In this document: one piece after another, positions 31,608-43,055 of the stretch
How positions within the stretch are numbered: position 1 is the first letter of the stretch
How the letters are laid out: each line of letters begins with the position of its first letter
Source: Flexistipes sinusarabici DSM 4947
GTDB lineage: Bacteria; Chrysiogenota; Deferribacteres; Deferribacterales; Flexistipitaceae
NCBI RefSeq assembly: GCF_000218625.1
Contig: NC_015672.1
Location: 1,647,451-1,711,450, forward strand
Direction of reading: 5' to 3'
DNA length: 64,000 bases
Notes under the pieces: generated by a model
What the model was told of the DNA's origin: nothing
The model's input: the letters and a program-made list of their open reading frames with translations, nothing else
Databases searched by the model: none
Translations under genes and position numbers: made by a program

Positions 31608-32393
31608 ATGTTTAATACCACAACATTGATTGCGATAATTATTTTGCTTGTGTTGTCTTTACTCGTTAATATCCTTAAAATTTTAAGGGAATATGAGCGC
31701 GGAGTAGTTTTCAGACTGGGTAGGTTTGTAGGAGTAAGGGGCCCCGGGTTAATTATTCTGATTCCTTTTATAGAAAAACTTGTAAAAGTTAACCTGAGAA
31801 CCGTTGTTATGGACGTACCCCCTCAGGATGTAATTACCAGAGATAACGTTTCAGTAAAGGTAAATGCGGTGGTCTATTTCAGAGTCGTACACCCTGATAA
31901 AGCAATTCTGGAAGTGGAAAATTATCTGACAGCCACATCCCAGCTCTGTCAGACAACATTGAGAAGTATAATCGGACAATTTGAACTGGATGACATACTC
32001 TCCAACAGAGATAAAATAAACAGTGATCTACAGTCGGTTATCGATTCACAGACCGATCCTTGGGGAGTAAAGGTGAGCGCTGTGGAAATAAAACATATCG
32101 ATTTGCCTAATGAAATGCAGAGAGCAATGTCAAAGCAGGCTGAAACAGAAAGAATAAGGAGATCCAAGGTAATCAATGCTAACGGTGAACTGGAAGCTGC
32201 CGAAAAGCTTTCCCAGGCAAGTGACATAATGTCCACCAATCCGATAACCATTCAGCTGAGATATCTTCAGACTCTCAACGAAATCGGCAACGAGAAAAAT
32301 TCCACCATTGTTTTCCCAATTCCAATAGAAATGTTTAAACTTTTTGAAAAATTTATGAAGGATGATAACAAAGACGAGAAAACAAGAGAGTGA
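31608..32393 (+). CDS. SPFH/band-7 (stomatin/slipin-like) membrane protein
   Basis: N-terminal TM helix plus band-7 domain (VVFRLGRF...VITRDNV). Confidence 0.8.
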   Translation: MFNTTTLIAIIILLVLSLLVNILKILREYERGVVFRLGRFVGVRGPGLIILIPFIEKLVKVNLRTVVMDVPPQDVITRDNVSVKVNAVVYFRVVHPDKAILEVENYLTATSQLCQTTLRSIIGQFELDDILSNRDKINSDLQSVIDSQTDPWGVKVSAVEIKHIDLPNEMQRAMSKQAETERIRRSKVINANGELEAAEKLSQASDIMSTNPITIQLRYLQTLNEIGNEKNSTIVFPIPIEMFKLFEKFMKDDNKDEKTRE

Positions 32394-32510
32394 GAGAGTG
32401 AGATAGTGAGGTAGGGAAATAGTGAGATATTGAGGTAGGGAAATAGTGAAATAGGGAGATAGGGAGATAGGGAATTAGGGAATTAGGGAGATAGGGAATT
32501 AGAGATGAGT
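32394..32510. repeat. C-free degenerate minisatellite with G3 tracts ((A)TAGGGA(R)T / TAGTGAG units)
   Basis: About 115 nt immediately after the SPFH gene stop with no C. gggagatagggagatagggaattagggaattagggagatagggaa. Confidence 0.7.
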
Positions 32511-32804
32511 TTTAAATACCTTATTTCACAAACAGACAGAGCAGGACAGGTTTTTACCAATTAATAACTATGAATAAATCAAGTTTCGCACTTGCACATA
32601 TTACGCGTCTTTGTTCACCCTGTTAAATATCAGCTTCGCTGATTGCCTGTGGCATTTAACAGAGCAAGGGGTGATGACGACGAAGCAATCTCTCTTTTTA
32701 TATTATTTTGAGATTTCGAAACTTAAATAAATAACGATAAATAACTATATTTTACTAACATTGAACTTAAAATGTTGAACGTTGAACCTTGAACTTAGAA
32801 TATA

Positions 32805-32875
32805 TCCCTTAACCCATAACCCATAACCCATCACCCATCACCCATTACCCATTACCCATCACGGCATCACGGCAT
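32805..32875. repeat. G-free telomere-like minisatellite (CCCATAA/CCCATCA)n; complement is (TTATGGG)n
   Basis: aacccataacccataacccatcacccatcacccattacccattacccatcac. Confidence 0.7.
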
Positions 32876-32994
32876 CTTTAGATAAGATTCTTAAAAAAAC
32901 TCTTGATTTCAGCCATTTTTGTAATTATACATACCATTCGGGAGAATTTGGCAGAATGCCATTTTTTTCGTTATCTTGGGAATATAGTGGCCCG

Positions 32995-33098
<104 letters not shown>

Positions 33099-33130
33099 TT
33101 ATCAATTTATTATTTACTAAGAGGTAGACG

Positions 33131-35032
33131 ATGCTGAAACAATTCAGAAATCAAAAAAGACTTCTCAGTGTTTTCTTATGGCTGGTCATTGCTGCATTTA
33201 TAGGCACAATCTTTCTGGTCTGGGGTGTGGGGAGCAGAAATCAAAGCAGCAACAACTATGCACTGAAAGTTAATGAATATAAAGTTTCTTATGAAGAGTA
33301 TCAAAACTCATATCAAAATACAGTTGATACACTAAGGCAGCTATTCGGGAATCAGTCCAAACAAATGCCTTCTAATGAGGAAATACAAAAGCAGGATATA
33401 ACAGAATTAAAAAACAAATATCTTTTGCTGGGACAAGCAAATAAGCTCAATATCCCGGTCTCAGACACCGAAGTAATGAATGAGCTCACCAATATCTCAT
33501 CTTTTCTGCAAAACGGACAATTCAGTCCGGAAAGGTACACCAATATTTTACGGGCAAACGGTTTAACACCTGCAGCTTTTGAGCAGAGTTTAAAAGAAGA
33601 TATAAAAATTTCCAAACTGAGAAATATGATTAGAAACTCAACACGGGTTACCCCTTCAGAAATAAAAAAAGAATATACTTACCGTAACACCGAAGCTAAA
33701 ATAAGATATATTCCATTCTCCCCTTCATCTTTCAAAGATAATGTAAATATCAAAGATGAAGACCTGAGGGCATATTTTGTTGAGAACAAGGAAAACTACA
33801 GAATTCCTGAGGAAATCAAATTAAAATACATAGAATTCAACCCCCGGGACTTTGACTTTAAAACCAACATTACTCAGCAGGAAATGGAAAGTTATTACTT
33901 TCAAAATAAATCTGAATTCAGTCAGCCGGAAAAAGTCAGGGCCAGCCATATCCTTATAAGAGTAAAAGACTTTGATAATGAAACCGAAGTAAAAAATGCC
34001 AGAAATAAAATTGAAAATATCCTGGCACAGTTAAAAAAGGGAAAAGACTTTTCAGAAATGGCAAAAAAATATTCTGAAGATGCCAGTGCACAAAACGGCG
34101 GTGACTTAGGATATTTCAAAAAGGGAGAGATGATAAAAGAATTCGAAAATACCGCCTTTTCTCTGGAGACCGGGAAAATAAGCGGTATTGTAAAAACTCC
34201 TTTTGGTTTTCATATAATTAAAGTTACAGACCACCGGAAAGCTAAAGAACTTACATTCCAGGAGGCCAAAGACTCCATAGCTGAAAAGCTGAAGAAGCGT
34301 AATAAAGAACAGTATTTCAATGACAAGGTTTTTAATATTTACAGTAAAATTTTAAAAGCTTCAAATATTTCAGCATACCAATCTAAAAATGAAAATATTA
34401 CTGTTCATACAACAAAATACTTCAACACTTACGAGAATGTTTACCCCTTGGAAGGTAAGCCGGATGTGAAGAGACAATTGTTTAACCTTCCTGAAGCTGA
34501 GGTCAGTAACGTTATCGATATAGGCGATAAAAAATATGTTTTTGAAGTTGCTGACAGAAAGGATTCATATGTACCGGAATTCAGCAAAATAGAAGAAAAA
34601 GTCAGACAGGATTATATTCAGGAACAAAGCATACAAAAGGCCCGGAATTATGCCGAGAAGCTTCTAAAGGAAAATAAAAATATCGAAAGCATATCAGACA
34701 GTGTCAATAAAAATTATACAACAACACCTTTTTTTAAAAGGGCTGAGAGCATTCCTGGAATCGGTATCAACAGCAAGTTGACTGACAATATCTTCGCTGC
34801 TGAAATGGGAAGTACACTCGATAAACCATACACAGTAAATTCAAGGGTGTATCTTGTCGAGTTGGCAGATATAAAAACTCCGGATTTTCCGGCAGAAAAA
34901 GATCATCCGGATATCAGAAACTTCATAGCCAATATAAAAAGCGAAGCAGCATTGAATTCCTATATCAGCAAACTCGAGTCAAAAGCTGAAATATGGGTAG
35001 CACCATCCCTTAGAGATTATATCGGTAACTAA
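33131..35032 (+). CDS. ppiD: Periplasmic chaperone PpiD / SurA-like peptidyl-prolyl isomerase
   Basis: N-terminal TM anchor. Parvulin domain (ASHILI...FGFHIIKV). Length 633 aa. Confidence 0.7.
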   Translation: MLKQFRNQKRLLSVFLWLVIAAFIGTIFLVWGVGSRNQSSNNYALKVNEYKVSYEEYQNSYQNTVDTLRQLFGNQSKQMPSNEEIQKQDITELKNKYLLLGQANKLNIPVSDTEVMNELTNISSFLQNGQFSPERYTNILRANGLTPAAFEQSLKEDIKISKLRNMIRNSTRVTPSEIKKEYTYRNTEAKIRYIPFSPSSFKDNVNIKDEDLRAYFVENKENYRIPEEIKLKYIEFNPRDFDFKTNITQQEMESYYFQNKSEFSQPEKVRASHILIRVKDFDNETEVKNARNKIENILAQLKKGKDFSEMAKKYSEDASAQNGGDLGYFKKGEMIKEFENTAFSLETGKISGIVKTPFGFHIIKVTDHRKAKELTFQEAKDSIAEKLKKRNKEQYFNDKVFNIYSKILKASNISAYQSKNENITVHTTKYFNTYENVYPLEGKPDVKRQLFNLPEAEVSNVIDIGDKKYVFEVADRKDSYVPEFSKIEEKVRQDYIQEQSIQKARNYAEKLLKENKNIESISDSVNKNYTTTPFFKRAESIPGIGINSKLTDNIFAAEMGSTLDKPYTVNSRVYLVELADIKTPDFPAEKDHPDIRNFIANIKSEAALNSYISKLESKAEIWVAPSLRDYIGN

Positions 35033-35265
35033 AAATCGGGCAAATAAAATCTTGCTCTTCGTTCTGCCACTGCGGGGCTTCGCCTCCGCCCGTCGGCGGA
35101 CGGAGACAAGACGTGACTGGAAACTTCGTAATCTCTCAAAACATCTACCTCTATACCTCACTAACATCCCGCATTATACATTACGCGTAACGGTTATAAT
35201 CCAATCAACTTGACTATACCGCTATTTTTCTTTATATCTAAGTAAATAAGCGGGTCAGGTTAGAT

Positions 35266-35613
35266 ATGATTTCCGGTCTTTTTATACTTTTTCTATTCCT
35301 TTTTCTCGGCAACACCACTTCAGAGATCCTTAATATCCCTATTCCGGGCAGCGTCATAGGGATGTTATACCTGACAGGTGCACTTCGATTTAATATTGTA
35401 AAACTCGATTTGGTAAAAGATGCAGCAGAAGTTTTGGTGAAAAATATGGCTTTTCTTTTCATTCCTCCAGGCGTCGGAGTCATGCTTTACTTCAAATTGA
35501 TTGGAAATTCTTTTTTATCTATTGTCGTATCATTTTTTTTGAGCGCAATTTTGGTTTTAATTGTGGTTGGGGTTTCACAACAGATACTCGATCGGGGAAA
35601 ACAGAATGATTGA
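35266..35613 (+). CDS. lrgA: CidA/LrgA holin-like protein
   Basis: 115-aa protein with 4 TM helices. Followed by the LrgB gene. Confidence 0.7.
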   Translation: MISGLFILFLFLFLGNTTSEILNIPIPGSVIGMLYLTGALRFNIVKLDLVKDAAEVLVKNMAFLFIPPGVGVMLYFKLIGNSFLSIVVSFFLSAILVLIVVGVSQQILDRGKQND

Positions 35614-36298
35614 ATCTCCTGTATTTGCCGTAATGTTCACTTTCGGGGTTTATTTTTTATCTTCAAAATTATATTCAAAATTTAATTTTTTTCTTTTTAA
35701 TCCTATCCTGTTGTCAATTGTTTCCATTATTGTTTTCCTTAAAATTTTTAACATAGACTATAATACTTATTTTGCAGGAGCTAAAATAATAAGTTTTTTT
35801 CTGCCGGTATCTGTGGTAGCCCTGGGTGTCCCTCTTTACCTACAGCTGGGTGAAATAAAAAAGCGCGGTTTCTCGATAATACTGTCCACCATAATCGGAA
35901 GTATTGTAGGCATACTATCAGCGGCGCTTACCGCAAAATATATGGGTGCATCCAGGGAAATAGTTGCAAGTATAGCCCCCAAGTCCGTCACCACACCGAT
36001 AGCCATGTCGATTTCTGATAAAATTGGGGGAATACCGCCGTTGACGGCAGCTTTAGTCATTTGTACAGGAATTTTCGGTGCAATACTGGGGCCTGCAATT
36101 TTAAATCTGTTCAAAATAAAAGACAAAGTTGCATTCGGGCTGGCAATGGGGTCCGCTTCCCATGGGATAGGAACGGCAAGAGCAGCAGAAGAAGGTCAGC
36201 TTGAAGGTGCTGTGTCAGGTCTGGCTATATCCCTCAACGGAGTAGCTACTGCAATTCTTACGCCAATCTTGTTTAAACTGATCTATCTGATCCTATGA
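35606..36298 (+). CDS. lrgB: CidB/LrgB family membrane protein
   Basis: Polytopic protein of about 230 aa. Start at MIESPVFAVMF. Confidence 0.75.
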   Translation: MIESPVFAVMFTFGVYFLSSKLYSKFNFFLFNPILLSIVSIIVFLKIFNIDYNTYFAGAKIISFFLPVSVVALGVPLYLQLGEIKKRGFSIILSTIIGSIVGILSAALTAKYMGASREIVASIAPKSVTTPIAMSISDKIGGIPPLTAALVICTGIFGAILGPAILNLFKIKDKVAFGLAMGSASHGIGTARAAEEGQLEGAVSGLAISLNGVATAILTPILFKLIYLIL

Positions 36299-37080
36299 TT
36301 GATATAGTAGATATTCTCATAAAAAAATATGATTTGAGCGGCAGACAGGCCAAAAAACTTATAAAAAAAGGATGTGTGCTGCTTAATGATAAGCCTGTAA
36401 ACTCAAGATATATAGAAAAAAGCGGAACGGATAAAATTACAGTCAACCTAAAAAGACCGGAAATCATATACGATACCCATGATTTCTTTATTAAACAAAC
36501 CCCGCATGTCCTTTTCCTCTACAAACCTCCGTTTATGCATACAGAAAGGATAACCCCTTTTGACCCTTTAACACTGCAGGATATTGTACAAAACGAATTT
36601 CCAGGTTACAAGCTGATTTCAAGACTGGATTTTGAGACAGACGGAGTTGTTGCAGCAATCAGGGATTTACCGGAATATTCTACAAAAAAACAGTATCTCG
36701 CTTTCATTTGCGGAAAACTTAGGGAAAACATAAAGCTTTCAAATGAAATAGACGCATCTCATCGAAAAAAGGTAAAAGTTTTAAACAAGCAGGGAAATAA
36801 TACAACAATTTTAAGCCCGATAAAGCAGTTCAAGGATAATTCCGGAGATGAGGTCACACTGATCGGCGTTTCACTAAATTATGCTGTAAGACATCAAATC
36901 AGAGCCCTTTGCGCCCATATCGGCATGCCTATTGTAGGTGATACTTTATACGGTTTCAAAGATTACAAACGAATGCTTCTTCACTGCAAATACACGAAAA
37001 TTGTCTCCCCACTGCTTAATGAAAAGGAAATTCAGACTTTCAGCCCCAAGTGGCAGAGTTTTGTAAAATCTTTCGATTAA
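36295..37080 (+). CDS. RluA-family RNA pseudouridine synthase
   Basis: S4-like N-terminus plus the catalytic motif SRLDFETDG. Confidence 0.7.
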   Translation: MIDIVDILIKKYDLSGRQAKKLIKKGCVLLNDKPVNSRYIEKSGTDKITVNLKRPEIIYDTHDFFIKQTPHVLFLYKPPFMHTERITPFDPLTLQDIVQNEFPGYKLISRLDFETDGVVAAIRDLPEYSTKKQYLAFICGKLRENIKLSNEIDASHRKKVKVLNKQGNNTTILSPIKQFKDNSGDEVTLIGVSLNYAVRHQIRALCAHIGMPIVGDTLYGFKDYKRMLLHCKYTKIVSPLLNEKEIQTFSPKWQSFVKSFD

Positions 37081-37118
37081 AGATTTTTTATGTTATAATT
37101 CATTCAAAAGGAGGAAAT

Positions 37119-38450
37119 ATGAAAGTTGCTGTTATCGGAGGAATTGCCGCCGGATTGTCCGCTGCAAGCAGGGTAAAAAAAGAGAACAAAAACGCCGAAG
37201 TTGTTGTGTTTGAAAAAAGAGGTGACCTCTCCTATGGGGCATGTGGTATGCCCTATAATCTAACAATGGAAAATAGCCCTCCGGAAAGTCTTTACGCTCT
37301 TGATTATCAAACCATAACCCAAAAAAGGGGTATTGATTACAGACTGTATACCCAGGTTAATGAAATACTGCCTGAGAAAAACAAGCTTAAAGTATATGAT
37401 TTCAACAATAACGAAAGATACGATTACCATTACGATTATCTCGTTTGTGCAACCGGTGCAATATACAACAGGCTTGATTTCGAAGGATTTGACGAAAGGG
37501 TTTTCTATTTTAAAAATCTTAATCATCTGCGAAATCTGAAAAACTTTCTCTATAAAAATAAACCGAAAAAGGCATGTTTGGTTGGTGCCGGCTATATTAA
37601 TCTGGAACTGGCTGAAAACCTTGTTAACCTCGGTATTGATGTTACTATAATCGAAAAGTCAGACAGGCTGCTGCCTTTTTTACCCGTGGAACAGCAGCAA
37701 TTTGCTCTCTCACACCTTGAGTCAAAAGGGGTAAAAGTGTTTCTAAACACAGATATAATTTCAAAACAGGGCAATCTGTTTAACACTTCCAAAGGAACTT
37801 TTGAATGTGACTTTGTTGTTGTGGCAATAGGAGTAAAACCTAATACCGAAATTTTTCATGGCTCGGGCATTACCCTTGGTATAAAAAATGCTGTAAAAGT
37901 AAACCACAATCTGCAGACTAACATCGAAAACATCTTTGCAGCAGGCGATTGCGCAGAACATTATGTTCCGCTTTTGAAAGACTGGACATATATGCCTCTG
38001 GGAACAACAGCGAATAAAATGGGAAGAATTTCAGGTTACAATATTGCCAACATAAATAATATGGAAACCTTTTACGGAATAAACCAGTCAGCGGCATTCA
38101 GGATATTTGATATTTCCGTAGCAACAACCGGCCTGAACGAAAAGCAATTAAGTGATTACAAGTTCAACTATAAAAAAACCGAAATAAGTATCCCGGACAG
38201 ACCTGAATATATAGGGGGCGATACACAGAAAATATGTTTACTGTACGACAGCAAAACGGGACAAATATACGGCGCTCAGATAACGGGACACGGAACGGTT
38301 GCAAAAAGAATTGATATTTTATCAACAGCCATACATGCAGGAATGACTGTTGAAGATTTTTCCCATACAGATCTTACATATGCTCCGCCTTTTGCAAATG
38401 TATGGGACAGTCTTCTGGTGGCAGCAAATGTAGCATTAAAAAATTTATAA
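37119..38450 (+). CDS. Pyridine nucleotide-disulfide oxidoreductase (CoA-disulfide reductase / NADH oxidase type)
   Basis: FAD fold VAVIGGIAAG plus the redox Cys in SYGACGMPY. Confidence 0.75.
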   Translation: MKVAVIGGIAAGLSAASRVKKENKNAEVVVFEKRGDLSYGACGMPYNLTMENSPPESLYALDYQTITQKRGIDYRLYTQVNEILPEKNKLKVYDFNNNERYDYHYDYLVCATGAIYNRLDFEGFDERVFYFKNLNHLRNLKNFLYKNKPKKACLVGAGYINLELAENLVNLGIDVTIIEKSDRLLPFLPVEQQQFALSHLESKGVKVFLNTDIISKQGNLFNTSKGTFECDFVVVAIGVKPNTEIFHGSGITLGIKNAVKVNHNLQTNIENIFAAGDCAEHYVPLLKDWTYMPLGTTANKMGRISGYNIANINNMETFYGINQSAAFRIFDISVATTGLNEKQLSDYKFNYKKTEISIPDRPEYIGGDTQKICLLYDSKTGQIYGAQITGHGTVAKRIDILSTAIHAGMTVEDFSHTDLTYAPPFANVWDSLLVAANVALKNL

Positions 38451-38465
38451 TAAAAGGAGGATAAA

Positions 38466-38909
38466 ATGTACAAAACAGAAAAAATATTGGTTCCCACTGA
38501 TTTTTCAGAGTTCTCCGATAAAGCTTTGAAGAAGGCTGTCGATATCGCTGAAACGTTTAATTCCGAAATTTTTCTTCTTCATGTAATCCCCGATGAAGTG
38601 GGAATATCCATGGCTTATTTGGATAACGAAACCCAAAAAGAACTTAATGAAAGAATGAAAAAAGAAAGTATGAATGAGATGAAAAAGCAGGCAGAAAAAA
38701 TTCTTAAAGGAAAGAACTTAAAAATAAATTATACCGTTAAAAAAGGTGTACCATATCATGAAATTTTAAACTATGAAACCGAAGCCGGAACCGACCTTCT
38801 GGTCATTGCATCACACAGCAAATCTTTTATCGAGGAAGCTTTCTTCGGAAGTACAACTGAAAAAGTTGTAAGAAGATCAAAGTGTTCTGTATTTGTTGTA
38901 AGAGATTAA
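38466..38909 (+). CDS. uspA: Universal stress protein
   Basis: 147-aa UspA fold ending GSTTEKVVRRSKCSVFVV. Confidence 0.8.
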   Translation: MYKTEKILVPTDFSEFSDKALKKAVDIAETFNSEIFLLHVIPDEVGISMAYLDNETQKELNERMKKESMNEMKKQAEKILKGKNLKINYTVKKGVPYHEILNYETEAGTDLLVIASHSKSFIEEAFFGSTTEKVVRRSKCSVFVVRD

Positions 38910-38982
38910 TTGCAACATATGTAAGTTGCCTTACCTACATTTTTTAAGTGTAGGTAAGGTTTCATTTGATTTAGGCTGCCTG

Positions 38983-40236
38983 TTACAAATCTGAAAAATC
39001 CAGCGTTGCAAAATAATCTTCAATTGTTTCCGCTCTCCTTATCTGCTTTACGCTGCCGTCAGGCCTAATGAGGAGTTCGGCAGATCTGAGTTTACCGTTA
39101 TAATTAAATCCCATTGCATGACCATGCGCACCTGCGTCATGGATTACAATGATATCGCCGATATCAATTTTAGGCAGTTTACGGTCTATGGCAAACTTAT
39201 CGTTATTTTCACACAAAGACCCCACTATATCGTATGTATGATCATGAGGTTTATTTTCTTTGCCCAAGACGGTTACATGATGATATGCCTGATACATGCC
39301 GGGCCTCATCAGATTAGCCATACTTGCATCAAGTCCTATGTAATTTTTATAGATTTCTTTTTTATGAATAGCTCTCGCTACAAGATATCCATACGGACCG
39401 GTTATCATTCTGCCGTTTTCCATATAAAGTTTCAACGGATCCAGTTCAGAACCTTTTATCTTTTTATCAAATATTTTCTTCACTTCACCAGCAACATATT
39501 CGAGATCAACCGGCTCTTGATCAGGCTGATACGGAATACCTATTCCGCCTCCCATATTGATAAATTCAAAATTTATTCCCAGCTTACTGTGGATTTCGAT
39601 AACCAAGTCCACCAGCATATTAACGGTCTCAACAAAGTAATCGGCATTAAGTTCATTTGAAGCCACCATTGTATGAATACCAAAACGTTTCACTCCTTTC
39701 TCTTTTATCATACGGTATCCTTCAAATAGCTGCTCTTTGGTAAAACCGTATTTAGCCTCCTCGGGATTGCCTATTATGGCATTCCCCTCTCTCAAAGGCC
39801 CTGGATTATATCTGAAACTCAGCAATTCCGGCAACCCCACCTGCTCTTCCAAATAATTGATGTGAGTTATATCATCAAGATTAATGATAGCGCCCAGCTC
39901 TTTGGCTTTACTGTATTCTTTTGCAGGTGTTTCATTTGAGGTAAACATAATATTTTCGCCGGTTATACCGGTTTTTTCAGATAAGATGAGCTCCGGAAGG
40001 GAGCTGCAGTCCGTGCCGAATCCTTCATCCTTCATTATTTTTAATATATGAGGATTGGGGGTGGCTTTTACGGCAAAATACTCCTTAAAATCGTCACCAA
40101 GCCAGCTGAAAGCTTTCTTCAGCCTGCGGGCATTTTCTCTGATTGCCTTCTCGTCATAAATATGAAACGGTGTGGGGTACTTTTCAGCAATCTTCTCTAT
40201 TTTTTCTTTATTAAAAGGAACTTTCTTCTCAGACAT
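38983..40236 (-). CDS. Orn/DAP/Arg decarboxylase family 2 enzyme (diaminopimelate decarboxylase-like)
   Basis: PLP site YFAVKATPNP. Length 417 aa. Confidence 0.65.
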   Translation of the reverse strand: MSEKKVPFNKEKIEKIAEKYPTPFHIYDEKAIRENARRLKKAFSWLGDDFKEYFAVKATPNPHILKIMKDEGFGTDCSSLPELILSEKTGITGENIMFTSNETPAKEYSKAKELGAIINLDDITHINYLEEQVGLPELLSFRYNPGPLREGNAIIGNPEEAKYGFTKEQLFEGYRMIKEKGVKRFGIHTMVASNELNADYFVETVNMLVDLVIEIHSKLGINFEFINMGGGIGIPYQPDQEPVDLEYVAGEVKKIFDKKIKGSELDPLKLYMENGRMITGPYGYLVARAIHKKEIYKNYIGLDASMANLMRPGMYQAYHHVTVLGKENKPHDHTYDIVGSLCENNDKFAIDRKLPKIDIGDIIVIHDAGAHGHAMGFNYNGKLRSAELLIRPDGSVKQIRRAETIEDYFATLDFSDL

Positions 40237-40436
40237 AATTTTCCTCCAGATTATTTCAAATTGAAATCATTTTATAAATGCAAATACGCACATTTTCAAC
40301 CAAAAATTAGGATATTGTATAATCGGCAATAAAAATCAGTGATAAAATATTGTTGAATTTACATGGAAAGAGATTTTTACTAATCAATACAAAAAAATAT
40401 ACTTTTAACTTACTGGGAATTATAACTTTTTAAAAC

Positions 40437-40462
40437 AAAAAAGGCCCTTTCAAGGGCCCAAT
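40437..40462 (-). terminator. Rho-independent terminator of the HU gene
   Basis: aaaaggccctttcaagggccc hairpin followed by a T run on the minus strand. Confidence 0.6.
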
Positions 40463-40465
40463 AAT

Positions 40466-40738
40466 TTACTTAACTGCTTCTTTAAAATTCTTGCCGGGCG
40501 TAAACTTAGGAGTCTTTCCGGCTGGTATTTTTATTTCAGCACCTGTTTGAGGATTGCGTCCTTTCCTTGCCTGACGCTGTTTCTGTTCAAAGCTTCCGAA
40601 ACCTACCAAAGTAACCTTGTCGTTTTTCTTTACTGCTTCCATCACACTGTCCTGAAATGCATTCAGAGCCTTTTCAGCGTCTGTTTTTGTCAAACCGCTT
40701 TTCATTGCAATTTTTGCTACAAGTTCTGACTTTGTCAT
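40466..40738 (-). CDS. hup: DNA-binding protein HU
   Basis: 90 aa. GFGSFEQKQRQARKGRNPQTGAEIKIPA beta-arm. Confidence 0.9.
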   Translation of the reverse strand: MTKSELVAKIAMKSGLTKTDAEKALNAFQDSVMEAVKKNDKVTLVGFGSFEQKQRQARKGRNPQTGAEIKIPAGKTPKFTPGKNFKEAVK

Positions 40739-40937
40739 AATTACCTCCTTTTATTAAAGACAACATAATGTAGTCTTTTAACTACACAAAATTACTTGGA
40801 ATTAATCAAACATCTTTAAAGTCTAAATTAGCGTCCGGATAGACTAACTCACTGAAAATATTTTACGCTTAGAAATTATATACATAACTCACTCAAGTTT
40901 GCAAATAAAATTATTACTTTTTTAAAAATTATTATGA

Positions 40938-42512
<1,575 letters not shown>

Positions 42513-42748
42513 TTTGAAGGGGCGTGGACATAATTATGGTAATTTATTACACTTATGTAACGACTTATCCGGGTAAGATTAGTAAGAGCTTTTATTTATA
42601 ATTCAAGTTTCGCACTTAGGTCGGTCATTGCGAAACCGAGCACTTAAATTCTTAAGTGCTCGGTTAGTTGGGGTACTTATTCAAAGCTTTTTTAGTATTA
42701 TTCATTGATAATAAATTAATGTAACGTTATAGATGATAAGGAGTTTTT

Positions 42749-43021
42749 ATGAGAAAAACGGATGACAGGGACATCACCATCACGTTGGGAAAAGACAGAC
42801 TTGTAATACAGAAACGCTATAAATTTGCCAGTATATTAAACGATTTTTTGATAGCTGTATGGTTTCTCATGGGAAGCATTATGTTTTTATATCCCGACTG
42901 GGTCAAAGCCGGGACATGGCTCTTTATTCTGGGAAGTGCCCAGCTCTTAATAAGACCGTGCATACGCTTAGCCCATCATATTCATTTGAAAAAACTTCCG
43001 GAATCTCACTGGGAAATGTGA
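42749..43021 (+). CDS. Small membrane protein (YrhK-like)
   Basis: 90 aa with 2 TM helices. Confidence 0.35.
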   Translation: MRKTDDRDITITLGKDRLVIQKRYKFASILNDFLIAVWFLMGSIMFLYPDWVKAGTWLFILGSAQLLIRPCIRLAHHIHLKKLPESHWEM

Positions 43022-43055
43022 TTAAACTACAAAAAACACAATAACGGGGCATGGC

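Noticed and set aside
35075-35100. GC-rich hairpin ctccgcccgtcggcggacggag after ppiD as an intrinsic terminator
   Set aside because: No following U-tract. May still be an RNA structure, but not called as a terminator.
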